Shown piece by piece: positions 53,162-64,000 of a stretch of 64,000 nucleotides of DNA (its first letter is position 1; each line of letters opens with the position of its first letter). The translations under genes and the position numbers were made by a program. A model generated the notes under the pieces. That model had not been told where the DNA came from and did not search any database. It saw only the letters and a program-made list of their open reading frames with translations. The DNA lies in the NCBI GenBank assembly GCA_037189525.1, contig JBBCJC010000001.1, forward strand, positions 64,001 through 128,000. The letters are read 5' to 3'. The DNA comes from Gemmatimonadales bacterium (GTDB taxonomy: Bacteria; Gemmatimonadota; Gemmatimonadetes; Gemmatimonadales; GWC2-71-9).

Positions 53162-53767
53162 ATGTATCACGCCTCGCGAACCGGCACGATCGAGGTCATT
53201 GCCGGTGTCATGTTCAGCGGCAAGAGCGAAGAGCTGATCCGACGAGTGCGGCGGGCACTGATTGCCCGCCGCCGCGTCCAGGTCTTCAAGAGTCACCTGG
53301 ACGACCGGTACGGCGGCGTGGCCCGCGTCTCCAGTCACAACGGCGCCGATATCGAGGCCGTCCCGATCGACTCGGCCGCTGAGATCTTTCGGCAGGTGCG
53401 CCCGGATACCGAAGTGGTCGCCATCGACGAGGCTCAGTTCCTCGACAATGGCGTGGTGGGCGTGGCCACCTCCCTGGCCGAGCGGGGTGTCCGCGTCATC
53501 CTGGCCGGGACCGACACCGATTTTCGCGGCCAGCCGTTCGGCCAGATGGGACCGCTCATGGCGGTGGCCGAAGAAGTGACCAAGCTGCAGGCCATCTGCG
53601 TCGTCTGCGGCGATCTGGCCTGCCGCAATCAACGTCTCTTGAGCGGCCGGCCCGCCCGCTGGGATTCTCCGACCATCATGGTCGGCGGCACCGAGGCGTA
53701 CGAGGCGCGCTGCCGCCGCTGTCATCGGGTCCCGCGGCAGGATGAAGATCAGACCCGGATCCTCTGA
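53162..53767 (+). CDS. tdk: Thymidine kinase
   Basis: [31 protein letters not shown], zinc site CVVC...[11 protein letters not shown] 53162. Confidence 0.97.
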   Translation: MYHASRTGTIEVIAGVMFSGKSEELIRRVRRALIARRRVQVFKSHLDDRYGGVARVSSHNGADIEAVPIDSAAEIFRQVRPDTEVVAIDEAQFLDNGVVGVATSLAERGVRVILAGTDTDFRGQPFGQMGPLMAVAEEVTKLQAICVVCGDLACRNQRLLSGRPARWDSPTIMVGGTEAYEARCRRCHRVPRQDEDQTRIL

Positions 53768-53770
53768 GCC

Positions 53771-54385
53771 ATGCTGAGCGTCGGACTTACCGGCAATGTC
53801 GCCTCCGGCAAATCCTCGGTGGCACGGTTCTTTGCCTCCTGGGGCGCGGTCGTGATCGACGCCGACGCCATCGTACATCAGCTACAGCAACCCGGTACCA
53901 CGGTGTTCGACGCCATGGTGCAGGCGTTCGGCAGCTCGATCCTCGCCGAGGACGGTACGCTCGACCGCGGGGTGCTCCGCGCTCTGATCTTCAACGACCC
54001 CGCCGCGCGCAAAACCCTCAATGCCATCACGCACCCCGCTGTCCGGACCCGGCGGGACCAGATGATGGCAGAGGCCCGCCAGGCGGGAACGCCGATCGTG
54101 GTCCAGGACATCCCGCTGCTCTTCGAAGTACTCGATCCGGCCAGCTTCGATGCGGTGGTTCTGGTCGACGCCCCGATCGAAACCCGGCGCGCCCGGATGG
54201 AGCAGATTCGCGGCCTCGATCCCGAGACGGCCCAGGCCATGATCGAAGCGCAGATTCCATCGGAACAGAAGCGGGCCCGCGCCACCTACGTAATCGACAA
54301 CGACGGCTCGCTCGAGGATCTCGAAGCGCGCGCGCGCGCCGTTTGGGACGACCTGATCCGGCGCAACGACCGACTCTCGGCTTGA
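53771..54385 (+). CDS. coaE: Dephospho-CoA kinase
   Basis: VGLTGNVASGKS, IDAD, LDR..L...IF, ITHP.V, DIPLLFE, IDNDG. Confidence 0.96.
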   Translation: MLSVGLTGNVASGKSSVARFFASWGAVVIDADAIVHQLQQPGTTVFDAMVQAFGSSILAEDGTLDRGVLRALIFNDPAARKTLNAITHPAVRTRRDQMMAEARQAGTPIVVQDIPLLFEVLDPASFDAVVLVDAPIETRRARMEQIRGLDPETAQAMIEAQIPSEQKRARATYVIDNDGSLEDLEARARAVWDDLIRRNDRLSA

Positions 54386-54410
54386 CCCTGCTCCCCATGC
54401 GGGGTATCGT
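54382..54410 (+). promoter_or_regulatory. Putative sigma70 promoter of gcvH-gcvP
   Basis: TTGACC (54382-87, includes the coaE TGA), 17 nt, TATCGT (54405-10); same hexamers as the tdk promoter. Confidence 0.65.
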
Positions 54411-54440
54411 GTTACCCGTCTCACCACAAGGAACCCCCCG

Positions 54441-54830
54441 GTGGCAAACGTCCCGGACGATCTCCGCTATACCGCCGAGCACGAATGGATTCGCCTGACG
54501 GGCGAGGCCGGCGTGATCGAAATCGGTATCACCGACTACGCACAAGGCGAGCTGGGTGACGTCGTCTTCGTCAATCTGCCGAAAGCCGGCGACAGCTTCG
54601 CGTCGCATCAGGCGTTCGGTACCATCGAGGCGGTCAAGGCCGTCTCGGACCTGTACTCGCCCGTCGCAGGCGAGGTCGTCGAGGTCAACAGCGCGCTGGA
54701 CACCGATCCGGCCCTGGTCAACCGGACGCCCTTCTCCGACGGCTGGATGATTCGGCTCAAAGCGTCGAACCCGGCGGAACTCGACGGGCTGCTCGACGCG
54801 GCTGCATATCGATCCCATATCGGCGCCTAA
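54441..54830 (+). CDS. gcvH: Glycine cleavage system H protein
   Basis: YTAEHEW, GITDYAQGELGDVVFV, lipoyl-lysine IEAVKAVSD, GWMIRL. Confidence 0.97.
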   Translation: MANVPDDLRYTAEHEWIRLTGEAGVIEIGITDYAQGELGDVVFVNLPKAGDSFASHQAFGTIEAVKAVSDLYSPVAGEVVEVNSALDTDPALVNRTPFSDGWMIRLKASNPAELDGLLDAAAYRSHIGA

Positions 54831-54870
54831 CGCTCCTCCGGATCGGAAACGCTTGTCAACGTTGTCGCGG

Positions 54871-54898
54871 TGCCCCGGGGTGAGACACCTTCGGGGCA
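54871..54898 (+). other. Intercistronic hairpin between gcvH and gcvP
   Basis: TGCCCCG-G-GGTG-aga-CACC-TT-CGGGGCA followed by TTT. Confidence 0.5.
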
Positions 54899-54926
54899 TT
54901 TGCGTATGACCACCATCGGACCGTCA

Positions 54927-57781
<2,855 letters not shown>

Positions 57782-57788
<7 letters not shown>

Positions 57789-58588
57789 GCCACGCATCAT
57801 TCCCGCCCGAGGCCGCGACCGGCCCGGGCGGGCTCTGGATCGACGCCCAGCCCAGACCGGGCTGGCAGAACATGGCAATCGACCACGCCATGTTCGACTG
57901 GGCCGAGGCGACCGGGGGACAGCTCTGGCGCCTCTACCGCTGGGACCCGCACTGCCTCTCGTTCGGTCGCCACGAACCCGCCGCACGCCGCTACGACCGC
58001 GCCCGGATCGACCAGCTGGGCATCGACTGCGTCCGCCGTCCAACCGGTGGCCGTGGGGTCTGGCATGCGCGCGAGTTGACCTACGCGGTGGCAGCTCCGA
58101 TTGCACTCTATGGAACGTTGAACGCAGCGTACCAGGCCATCCACAAACGGCTGGCGGGCGCCGTGGCCCGGCTGGGCGCCGCTGCGGACCTGGCGGAAGA
58201 CCGGAGCGTGCCCGGGCTCGGCAGCGGGCCCTGTTTCGCGGCAGCCGTGGGAGGCGAGATCGTGGTGGGCGGACGCAAGGTGGCGGGTAGCGCCCAGCGC
58301 CGCGGCGAGACCGCGCTGCTTCAGCACGGCTCCCTGCTGCTCGAGGACGACCAGGCGCTGGTCCGCTCGGTCCACCGTGCCGCGGCGCCGGCCCAGGCAC
58401 CCGAGATCCCGCTCGCCGCCGTGCTCGGCCGACCGGTCGGATTCGACGAAATGGCCGGTGCCGTGGCCCTGACGCTGGCAGAGGCGGAAATTCGGCCAGT
58501 TCCGGCGGATATTCCCGACACGATTCTGCGCCGCGCGGCGCTACATTACGACACCTATCGATCCGATACTTGGACCTGGGAGCGGTAA
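57782..58588 (+). CDS. Lipoate-protein ligase A / LipM-like octanoyltransferase family protein
   Basis: LWID....G.QNMAID, LYRW...[36 protein letters not shown]. First canonical start is ATG 57872, but the conserved strand begins upstream; start uncertain. Confidence 0.85.
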
Positions 58589-58610
58589 CCACCTGGTCTC
58601 GGGAGTTTGT

Positions 58611-60260
58611 ATGCGCGTCCGTTCATCGATGGCGGGATTGTTGGCAGTGCTCGTCGCAGCGTCCTTTGCGGGGCCTCTGGCGGCGCAGCGGGATACTCAG
58701 TCCGGAACCATCTCGATCGTGATCGGCGCCGAGCCGACGCTTCCCTTCCCGGGGCTGTCGCTGGCCAAGGCGAACATGGACGTGGCCAGTTTGCTGTTTC
58801 TGCCGCTGGCCCGGCTCGGACGACAATTCATCACGTCGGACGAAAAGACTTATGAACCGGCCCTGGCGCGCTCGTGGCGCCGGACCGACTCCCTGACGCT
58901 CGTGTTCGAGCTCGACCCCCGAGCTCGCTGGCACGACGGTAAGCCGGTGACCCCGCGAGACGTCATCTGGAGCGTGAACCGGTCGCGCGACTCGACCATC
59001 TCGCCGACCTACGCCCTGCTCCTCCGCAACATCGCGTCGGTCACGGCCACCGGTGAACGCGAAGTAACCTTCCGCTTCCGGCAGGCCTACGGCGACCAGA
59101 TCTTCGATGCCACCGCGTTTGCCGTCCCGCTTCCCGCGCACCTGCTCGATACCATCCCGCCGGATCGGCTGGCCGCTTCGATCTATGCCCGGCAGCCGGT
59201 GGGCAATGGCCCGTACCGTTGGGGCAAGCTGGAGGCGGGCCGCCAACTCGAGCTCAACGCGGTTCCCGATTTCTTCCTGGGCACTCCCAAGCTGCATCGG
59301 GTCGTCTTCCTGATCGTTCGGGCGGCGGAAGCGCAGCTCAACCTGGTGCTCGATGGCACGGCCGACGCCTACGAAGCGTCGCTCCTGCCGCGCCAGATCA
59401 CGCCGATCGTGGAGCAGCCCTCGCTCGACATCAAGACCCAGTCGTCGTTCAGCGTGGGGTATCTGCTCTTCAATCAGAAGGCTTTCGGCGACCGGAGCAC
59501 GCCGCACCCCATTCTGGCCGACCGTGCCGTCCGCCAGGCGCTCTTGTTAGGCATCGACCGCCAGCGTCTGGTCCGCGCGGTCTTCGGACCGTATGCCTCG
59601 GTGGTCGACGGGCCGATGGGCCAGGCGACCTGGATCCGCCGTCATACCCCCAAGGGCCCGGGCTACGACCCGGCAGCGGCCCGGCGTCTGCTCGCCGCGC
59701 AGGGTTGGCGCGACAGCAACGGTGACGGGGTCCTCGACAAGAACGGCACCAAGCTGAGCCTGCGGCTTTCCTACCCCGGCACCAGCACGGCGCGCGTCGG
59801 GATGGCCGAGCCGATCCAGGCCATGCTGCGCCAGATCGGCGTCGAGGTCGAACTGCTCCGGCTCGACGGGCCGGTCTGGGCGGAGCGGCGCGCCAAGGGC
59901 GAATTCGACATCGACTTCTCGCAAGCGACGCTGATGCCGACGCCGGCGGGGTTGGTGCAGAGCTGGTCGTGCGCGAGTAGCGGCGGCGGCAGTAACGTCG
60001 GCTCGATCTGCAGCCCCGGATTCGACGAGGCGTACAAGGAGGCTGCGCGGACCGGCGGTCGCGCCGCGGCCGACCGCTGGCGCGATGCCATCGGAGAACT
60101 GCAGCAGGATTATCCGGCGGTCTTCCTCTACTCGCCGGCCCAGGCGCTGGTGGTGCACCGCCGCTATCGTAACGTCAGCATCCGACCGGACGGGACCTGG
60201 ACCGACCTGTGGCGCTGGTCGGTCGACCCCTCCCAACGGATCGCGCGGGATCAGCGTTAG
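58611..60260 (+). CDS. Peptide ABC transporter substrate-binding protein (family 5)
   Basis: Signal peptide; PALARSW, ARWHDGKPVT..DV, PVGNGPY, VRQAL..GIDR, YDPAAARRLL..GW.D.NGDG. Confidence 0.93.
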   Translation: MRVRSSMAGLLAVLVAASFAGPLAAQRDTQSGTISIVIGAEPTLPFPGLSLAKANMDVASLLFLPLARLGRQFITSDEKTYEPALARSWRRTDSLTLVFELDPRARWHDGKPVTPRDVIWSVNRSRDSTISPTYALLLRNIASVTATGEREVTFRFRQAYGDQIFDATAFAVPLPAHLLDTIPPDRLAASIYARQPVGNGPYRWGKLEAGRQLELNAVPDFFLGTPKLHRVVFLIVRAAEAQLNLVLDGTADAYEASLLPRQITPIVEQPSLDIKTQSSFSVGYLLFNQKAFGDRSTPHPILADRAVRQALLLGIDRQRLVRAVFGPYASVVDGPMGQATWIRRHTPKGPGYDPAAARRLLAAQGWRDSNGDGVLDKNGTKLSLRLSYPGTSTARVGMAEPIQAMLRQIGVEVELLRLDGPVWAERRAKGEFDIDFSQATLMPTPAGLVQSWSCASSGGGSNVGSICSPGFDEAYKEAARTGGRAAADRWRDAIGELQQDYPAVFLYSPAQALVVHRRYRNVSIRPDGTWTDLWRWSVDPSQRIARDQR

Positions 60261-60265
60261 GCGGC

Positions 60266-61240
60266 GTGCTCCGCTGGCTGATCCGCCGTCTGCTCCAGGC
60301 CGCCGCCACCTTTGCCGTGGTGGCGGTCCTGCTCTTTGTGCTGATGCGGCTCGCGCCCGGCGACCCGCTGGCCCGCCTGACCGATGACCGCCCCGTCGCC
60401 CCGGCCGAGCGAGCCCGCCTCGAAGCCATCTTCGGACTCGACCAGCCGATCGGTACGCAGCTGACGAAATTCCTGTCGGCCGCCGCCCGCGGCGATTTCG
60501 GCGTCTCGATCGAGTACTACCCGCTCCGCGTCGGCGAACTGGTCCAAAACCGGCTCGGCCCCTCGCTTCTGCTCGGCCTCACTGTCCTGCTCGTCAATGT
60601 GACGCTGGGGGTCTGGCTCGGCGTGCTGCAGGCCCGGCGGCGCGGTTCGCGGCTGGACCGATGGCTGACCCGGATCTCGCTGGCGGGGTACGCCGCGCCG
60701 AGTTTCTGGCTCGCGCTGATGCTGGTCTCCCTGTTCGCCATCAAGTGGCGGATCCTGCCGGCTGCGCAGATGACCGACCCCCTGCTGCCCACGGACGCCG
60801 GCTGGCTCACCCGCGCAGGCGACCTCCTTGCCCACCTGGTGCTGCCGACCGTGACCCTGTCGGTCGTCACCCTCGCGGCCACGATGCGCTACCAGCGGAG
60901 TGCCATGCTCGAGGTGTTGCGCCTCGATTTCGTGCGCGCGGCGTACGCACGGGGCCTCGACGAGCGGACCGTGATCTGGCGTCACGCCTGGCGGAATGCG
61001 CTCTTTCCGGTTCTGACGCTGCTCGGCCTCTGGCTGCCGGTGCTCGTTTCCGGCGCCGTCTTTGTGGAGTCGGTCTTCAATTGGCCCGGACTGGGCTCGC
61101 TCGCCGCCGGCGCCATTGCCACCCGCGACTATCCGGTGCTGATGGCCACCTCGCTGTTGGTCTCGGGCGCGGTACTCCTGGGTGGCGTGCTGACCGATCT
61201 GGCGTATCAGGCCCTCGACCCGAGGACGCGAGCGGGATGA
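60266..61240 (+). CDS. Peptide ABC transporter permease (DppB/OppB-like)
   Basis: LIRRLLQ, APGDP, GLDQP, GDFG.S, PSFWL, DFVRAA.ARGL, HAWRNAL, ESVFNWPGLG, RDYPV, DPR. Confidence 0.93.
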   Translation: MLRWLIRRLLQAAATFAVVAVLLFVLMRLAPGDPLARLTDDRPVAPAERARLEAIFGLDQPIGTQLTKFLSAAARGDFGVSIEYYPLRVGELVQNRLGPSLLLGLTVLLVNVTLGVWLGVLQARRRGSRLDRWLTRISLAGYAAPSFWLALMLVSLFAIKWRILPAAQMTDPLLPTDAGWLTRAGDLLAHLVLPTVTLSVVTLAATMRYQRSAMLEVLRLDFVRAAYARGLDERTVIWRHAWRNALFPVLTLLGLWLPVLVSGAVFVESVFNWPGLGSLAAGAIATRDYPVLMATSLLVSGAVLLGGVLTDLAYQALDPRTRAG

Positions 61241-62079
61241 CCGGCTCTCTCCTCGCCACCCTCCTCGCGGCCTGGCGGACCCCGTCCGGGAAAGCCGGCT
61301 TCCTGCTCCTCTCGGCGCTGGTCGTCTTTGCGCTGCTGGGGCCGCTCGTCCTTCCCGATCCGACCGCGATGCCGGACCTGGGCGCTCCGGCCGCATCGCC
61401 CAGTCTGCACCATCCCTTCGGCACGGACGGTATGAGCCGCGACGTCCTGGCGCGCGTGGCAACCGGGGCGCGCATCTCACTGTCGATCGCGGTCATTGCG
61501 GTACTCCTCTCACTTACCATCGGCACCGCCGTCGGCTTGGCGGCCGGATTTCTGGGCGGCGTAGTTGACTCGCTGATGATGCGGGTAGTCGATGCTGCAC
61601 TGGCAGTTCCGCGGCTGTTCATCCTGCTGCTCCTGCTGGTCGTCTGGGAACGGATGCCGATCCCCGTCCTGATCCTGGTCATCGGCGCCACGGGGTGGTT
61701 CGGCACCAGCCGCTTGGTGCGCGGGGAGGTTCTCCGTCTGCGATCGGAGGGGTATCTGCAGGCGGCTCAGGCGCTCGGCGCCGGGCGGCTCCGGACTATC
61801 TTTCGGCATCTCCTCCCCAACGTGACCGGGGTCATTCTGGTGAGTGCCACGCTGAGCATCGGCGACGTGATCCTGCTCGAAGCCGGACTCTCCTACCTGG
61901 GTGTCGGGGTGCAGCCACCGACTCCGTCGTGGGGCGTCATGGTATTCGATGCCCGGAATGCGATGACCACCGCGCCGTGGACCCTGTTCTTTCCGGGCGT
62001 CGCGGTGGTGGTGACCGTGCTGGCCACGAGCCTGGTAAGCGACGCCCTGCGCGCCGCCTTCGACCCCCGCAGCGCATGA
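61237..62079 (+). CDS. Peptide ABC transporter permease (DppC/OppC-like)
   Basis: HPFGTD..SRDVLAR...GARISL, RLVRGEVL, RHLLPN, EAGLSYLG.GV.PP.PSWG, DALR.AFDPR. Confidence 0.93.
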   Translation: MTGSLLATLLAAWRTPSGKAGFLLLSALVVFALLGPLVLPDPTAMPDLGAPAASPSLHHPFGTDGMSRDVLARVATGARISLSIAVIAVLLSLTIGTAVGLAAGFLGGVVDSLMMRVVDAALAVPRLFILLLLLVVWERMPIPVLILVIGATGWFGTSRLVRGEVLRLRSEGYLQAAQALGAGRLRTIFRHLLPNVTGVILVSATLSIGDVILLEAGLSYLGVGVQPPTPSWGVMVFDARNAMTTAPWTLFFPGVAVVVTVLATSLVSDALRAAFDPRSA

Positions 62080-63053
62080 CCGCCCTCCTGACCGTCGAGA
62101 ATCTCCGGATCACCTTCCCGACCAAGGCCGGGCTGGCCGTGCCGGTCGATGGGGTCAGCTTCAGTATCGACCCCGGCGAACGGGTCGCGCTGGTGGGCGA
62201 ATCCGGGTCGGGAAAGAGTCTGACCAGCCTCGCGCTGCTACGGCTGGTTCCGCATCCGGGCACCATCGAGCCGGGCAGCAGCATCCGGCTCCGCGATGCC
62301 GAGGTGATGAGCCTCCGGGGCGAGTCGCTCCGCGCCATCCGGGGCGGGCAGATCGGGCTGATCTTCCAGGACCCGTCGACCAGCCTCAATCCGGTCCTGA
62401 CGATCGGCTACCAGGTTCGCGAGGCGGTGCTGGCACATCGGAAGCTGAGCAGGAGCGAGGCGCGCGAGCGGGCCATCGCGCTGCTCGAAGAAGTCGGCAT
62501 TCCCGACCCCGCCGGGCGCTACGGCGCCTATCCGCACGAACTCTCGGGCGGACTCAAGCAGCGGGTCATGATCGCGATTGCGCTGGCCGGCGAACCCGCC
62601 CTGCTCGTGGCCGACGAGCCGACCACCGCGCTCGACGTCACGGTGCAGGCCCAGATCCTGGAACTGCTCGATCGGCTGCGCGCCGAGCGCGGGATGGCGA
62701 CCCTGCTGATCACGCACGATCTCGGCGTGGTGGCCGGGCAGAGCGACCGGGTGCTGGTGATGTACGCGGGACAGCTGGTCGAGAGCGCACCAACCGAACG
62801 CCTCTTTCGGGCGCCGGCCCACCCGTACACGCGCGCGCTGCTGCGCTCGATGCCACGGCTGTCCGGGCCGATCGAACGGCTGGCCCAGATTGCCGGATCG
62901 GTGCCGCTGCCGCATGACTGGCCCGCCGGGTGCCGCTTCCACCCGCGCTGCAGCGAACGGATCGCGCCCTGCGCCACCGACGTGCCGCCGCGGCGACTGG
63001 TCACTCCGGGACACGAAGCCAAGTGCTGGCTGGTCGAAGGGGTCTCGCCATGA
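62076..63053 (+). CDS. Peptide ABC transporter ATP-binding protein (DppD/OppD-like)
   Basis: [41 protein letters not shown]. Confidence 0.95.
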   Translation: MTALLTVENLRITFPTKAGLAVPVDGVSFSIDPGERVALVGESGSGKSLTSLALLRLVPHPGTIEPGSSIRLRDAEVMSLRGESLRAIRGGQIGLIFQDPSTSLNPVLTIGYQVREAVLAHRKLSRSEARERAIALLEEVGIPDPAGRYGAYPHELSGGLKQRVMIAIALAGEPALLVADEPTTALDVTVQAQILELLDRLRAERGMATLLITHDLGVVAGQSDRVLVMYAGQLVESAPTERLFRAPAHPYTRALLRSMPRLSGPIERLAQIAGSVPLPHDWPAGCRFHPRCSERIAPCATDVPPRRLVTPGHEAKCWLVEGVSP

Positions 63054-64000
63054 GCGCACTGCTCGAGGTGACCCAACTGATGAAGCATTTCCGGCGTCCG
63101 ACCGGGTGGGTTCGCGCCGATCGCGTCGTCCACGCCCTCAACGGGGTGTCCTTCACCGTGTCCGAACGGGAAACACTGGCCCTGGTCGGCGAATCGGGCT
63201 CGGGCAAGACAACCGCAGGCCGCGCCCTGCTCCGCCTGGTTGAACCCGACGGCGGCACGGTGCAGTTCGACGGCGTCGACGTGCGCCAGGCCGACCGGAC
63301 TGCGATGCGGCAGCTGCGGAGACGGATGCAGATCGTCTTCCAGGACCCGTACAGCTCGCTCGACCCACGCATGACGGTCGGCGCCTCCATTGCGGAAGGG
63401 ATCGAGATTCACCGCCTGGTGCCCCCACGCGCGATGCGCGGGCGGGTCGCCGAGTTGCTGGGCGAAGTCGGCTTGGACGTGTCGGCGGCGGACAAGTATC
63501 CGCACGAGTTTTCCGGCGGCCAGCGGCAGCGGATCGGGATTGCGCGCGCGCTCGCGGTCGACCCCGCGTTCATCGTGCTCGACGAACCGGTCTCGGCGCT
63601 CGACGTCTCGGTCCAGGCCCAGGTGCTCAACCTGCTGCTCGATCTGCAACGCGATCGTGGCCTGGCCTATCTGTTCATTGCCCACGATTTGTCGGTCGTG
63701 CGGCAACTGGCCCACCGGATCGCAGTGATGTACTACGGGTTGATCGTGGAAATCGGCCCGCGCGACGAGGTGCTCGACCGCCCACGCCATCCATACACCC
63801 AGGCGCTGATCTCGGCGGTGCCGTCACCAGTACCGGGCCAAACCGGCCAGCGGATCGTGCTCGAGGGCGATCCGCCGAGCCCAACCGTACCACCGACGGG
63901 ATGCCCATTCCTCGGCCGCTGCTTCCATCCCGCCAGGAACGCCCGCTGTGCTGCGGAGCGACCAGTGCTCCGACCGTTGGGATCGAGCGAGGTCGCCTGT
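63050..64000 (+). CDS. Peptide ABC transporter ATP-binding protein (DppF/OppF-like), truncated at the window edge
   Basis: ATG 63050 overlaps the upstream stop; [50 protein letters not shown]; no stop before 64000. Confidence 0.93.
   Translation, partial: MSALLEVTQLMKHFRRPTGWVRADRVVHALNGVSFTVSERETLALVGESGSGKTTAGRALLRLVEPDGGTVQFDGVDVRQADRTAMRQLRRRMQIVFQDPYSSLDPRMTVGASIAEGIEIHRLVPPRAMRGRVAELLGEVGLDVSAADKYPHEFSGGQRQRIGIARALAVDPAFIVLDEPVSALDVSVQAQVLNLLLDLQRDRGLAYLFIAHDLSVVRQLAHRIAVMYYGLIVEIGPRDEVLDRPRHPYTQALISAVPSPVPGQTGQRIVLEGDPPSPTVPPTGCPFLGRCFHPARNARCAAERPVLRPLGSSEVAC

Noticed and set aside
54840..54926. Glycine riboswitch upstream of gcvP
   Set aside because: No GGAGA..CCGAAG..CUCUCAGG core and too short; only a simple hairpin.

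Overview
GC-rich bacterial chromosomal window with about 55 CDS. A Gemmatimonadota-like origin is inferred, not shown, from the PadR/ADOP permease pairs, carboxypeptidase-regulatory-domain proteins and gene order. Two accessory-looking blocks (1-13.5 kb and 33.9-42.6 kb) carry PadR regulators, three orphan duplicated MacB/FtsX-type (ADOP) permeases, secreted serine hydrolases, a ZU5-like/papain-like lipoprotein and an XRE-membrane-hydrolase fusion. They interleave with housekeeping genes: pdp, ligA, fadD-like, mltD-like, folE/PTPS, tdk, coaE, gcvH/gcvP, a lipoate ligase family gene and a dpp/opp ABC operon. Most notable: (i) a complete, largely translationally coupled nurA-herA-sbcD(mre11)-sbcC(rad50) cluster, the archaeal end-resection gene set, flanked by an aminotransferase and a GNAT gene; (ii) a TldD/PmbA pair whose TldD lacks the HExxxH and Cys zinc ligands; (iii) a DeaD-like protein without Walker A or DEAD motifs; (iv) two intergenic structured RNAs, one with its own promoter and terminator (6S-like, 31.5-31.65 kb) and one unassigned (16.85-17.0 kb); (v) related palindromic operators covering the RBS of both PadR operons. 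No tRNA, rRNA, CRISPR array or IS was recognised. All family calls come from motif recognition by eye; no database search or folding program was run.
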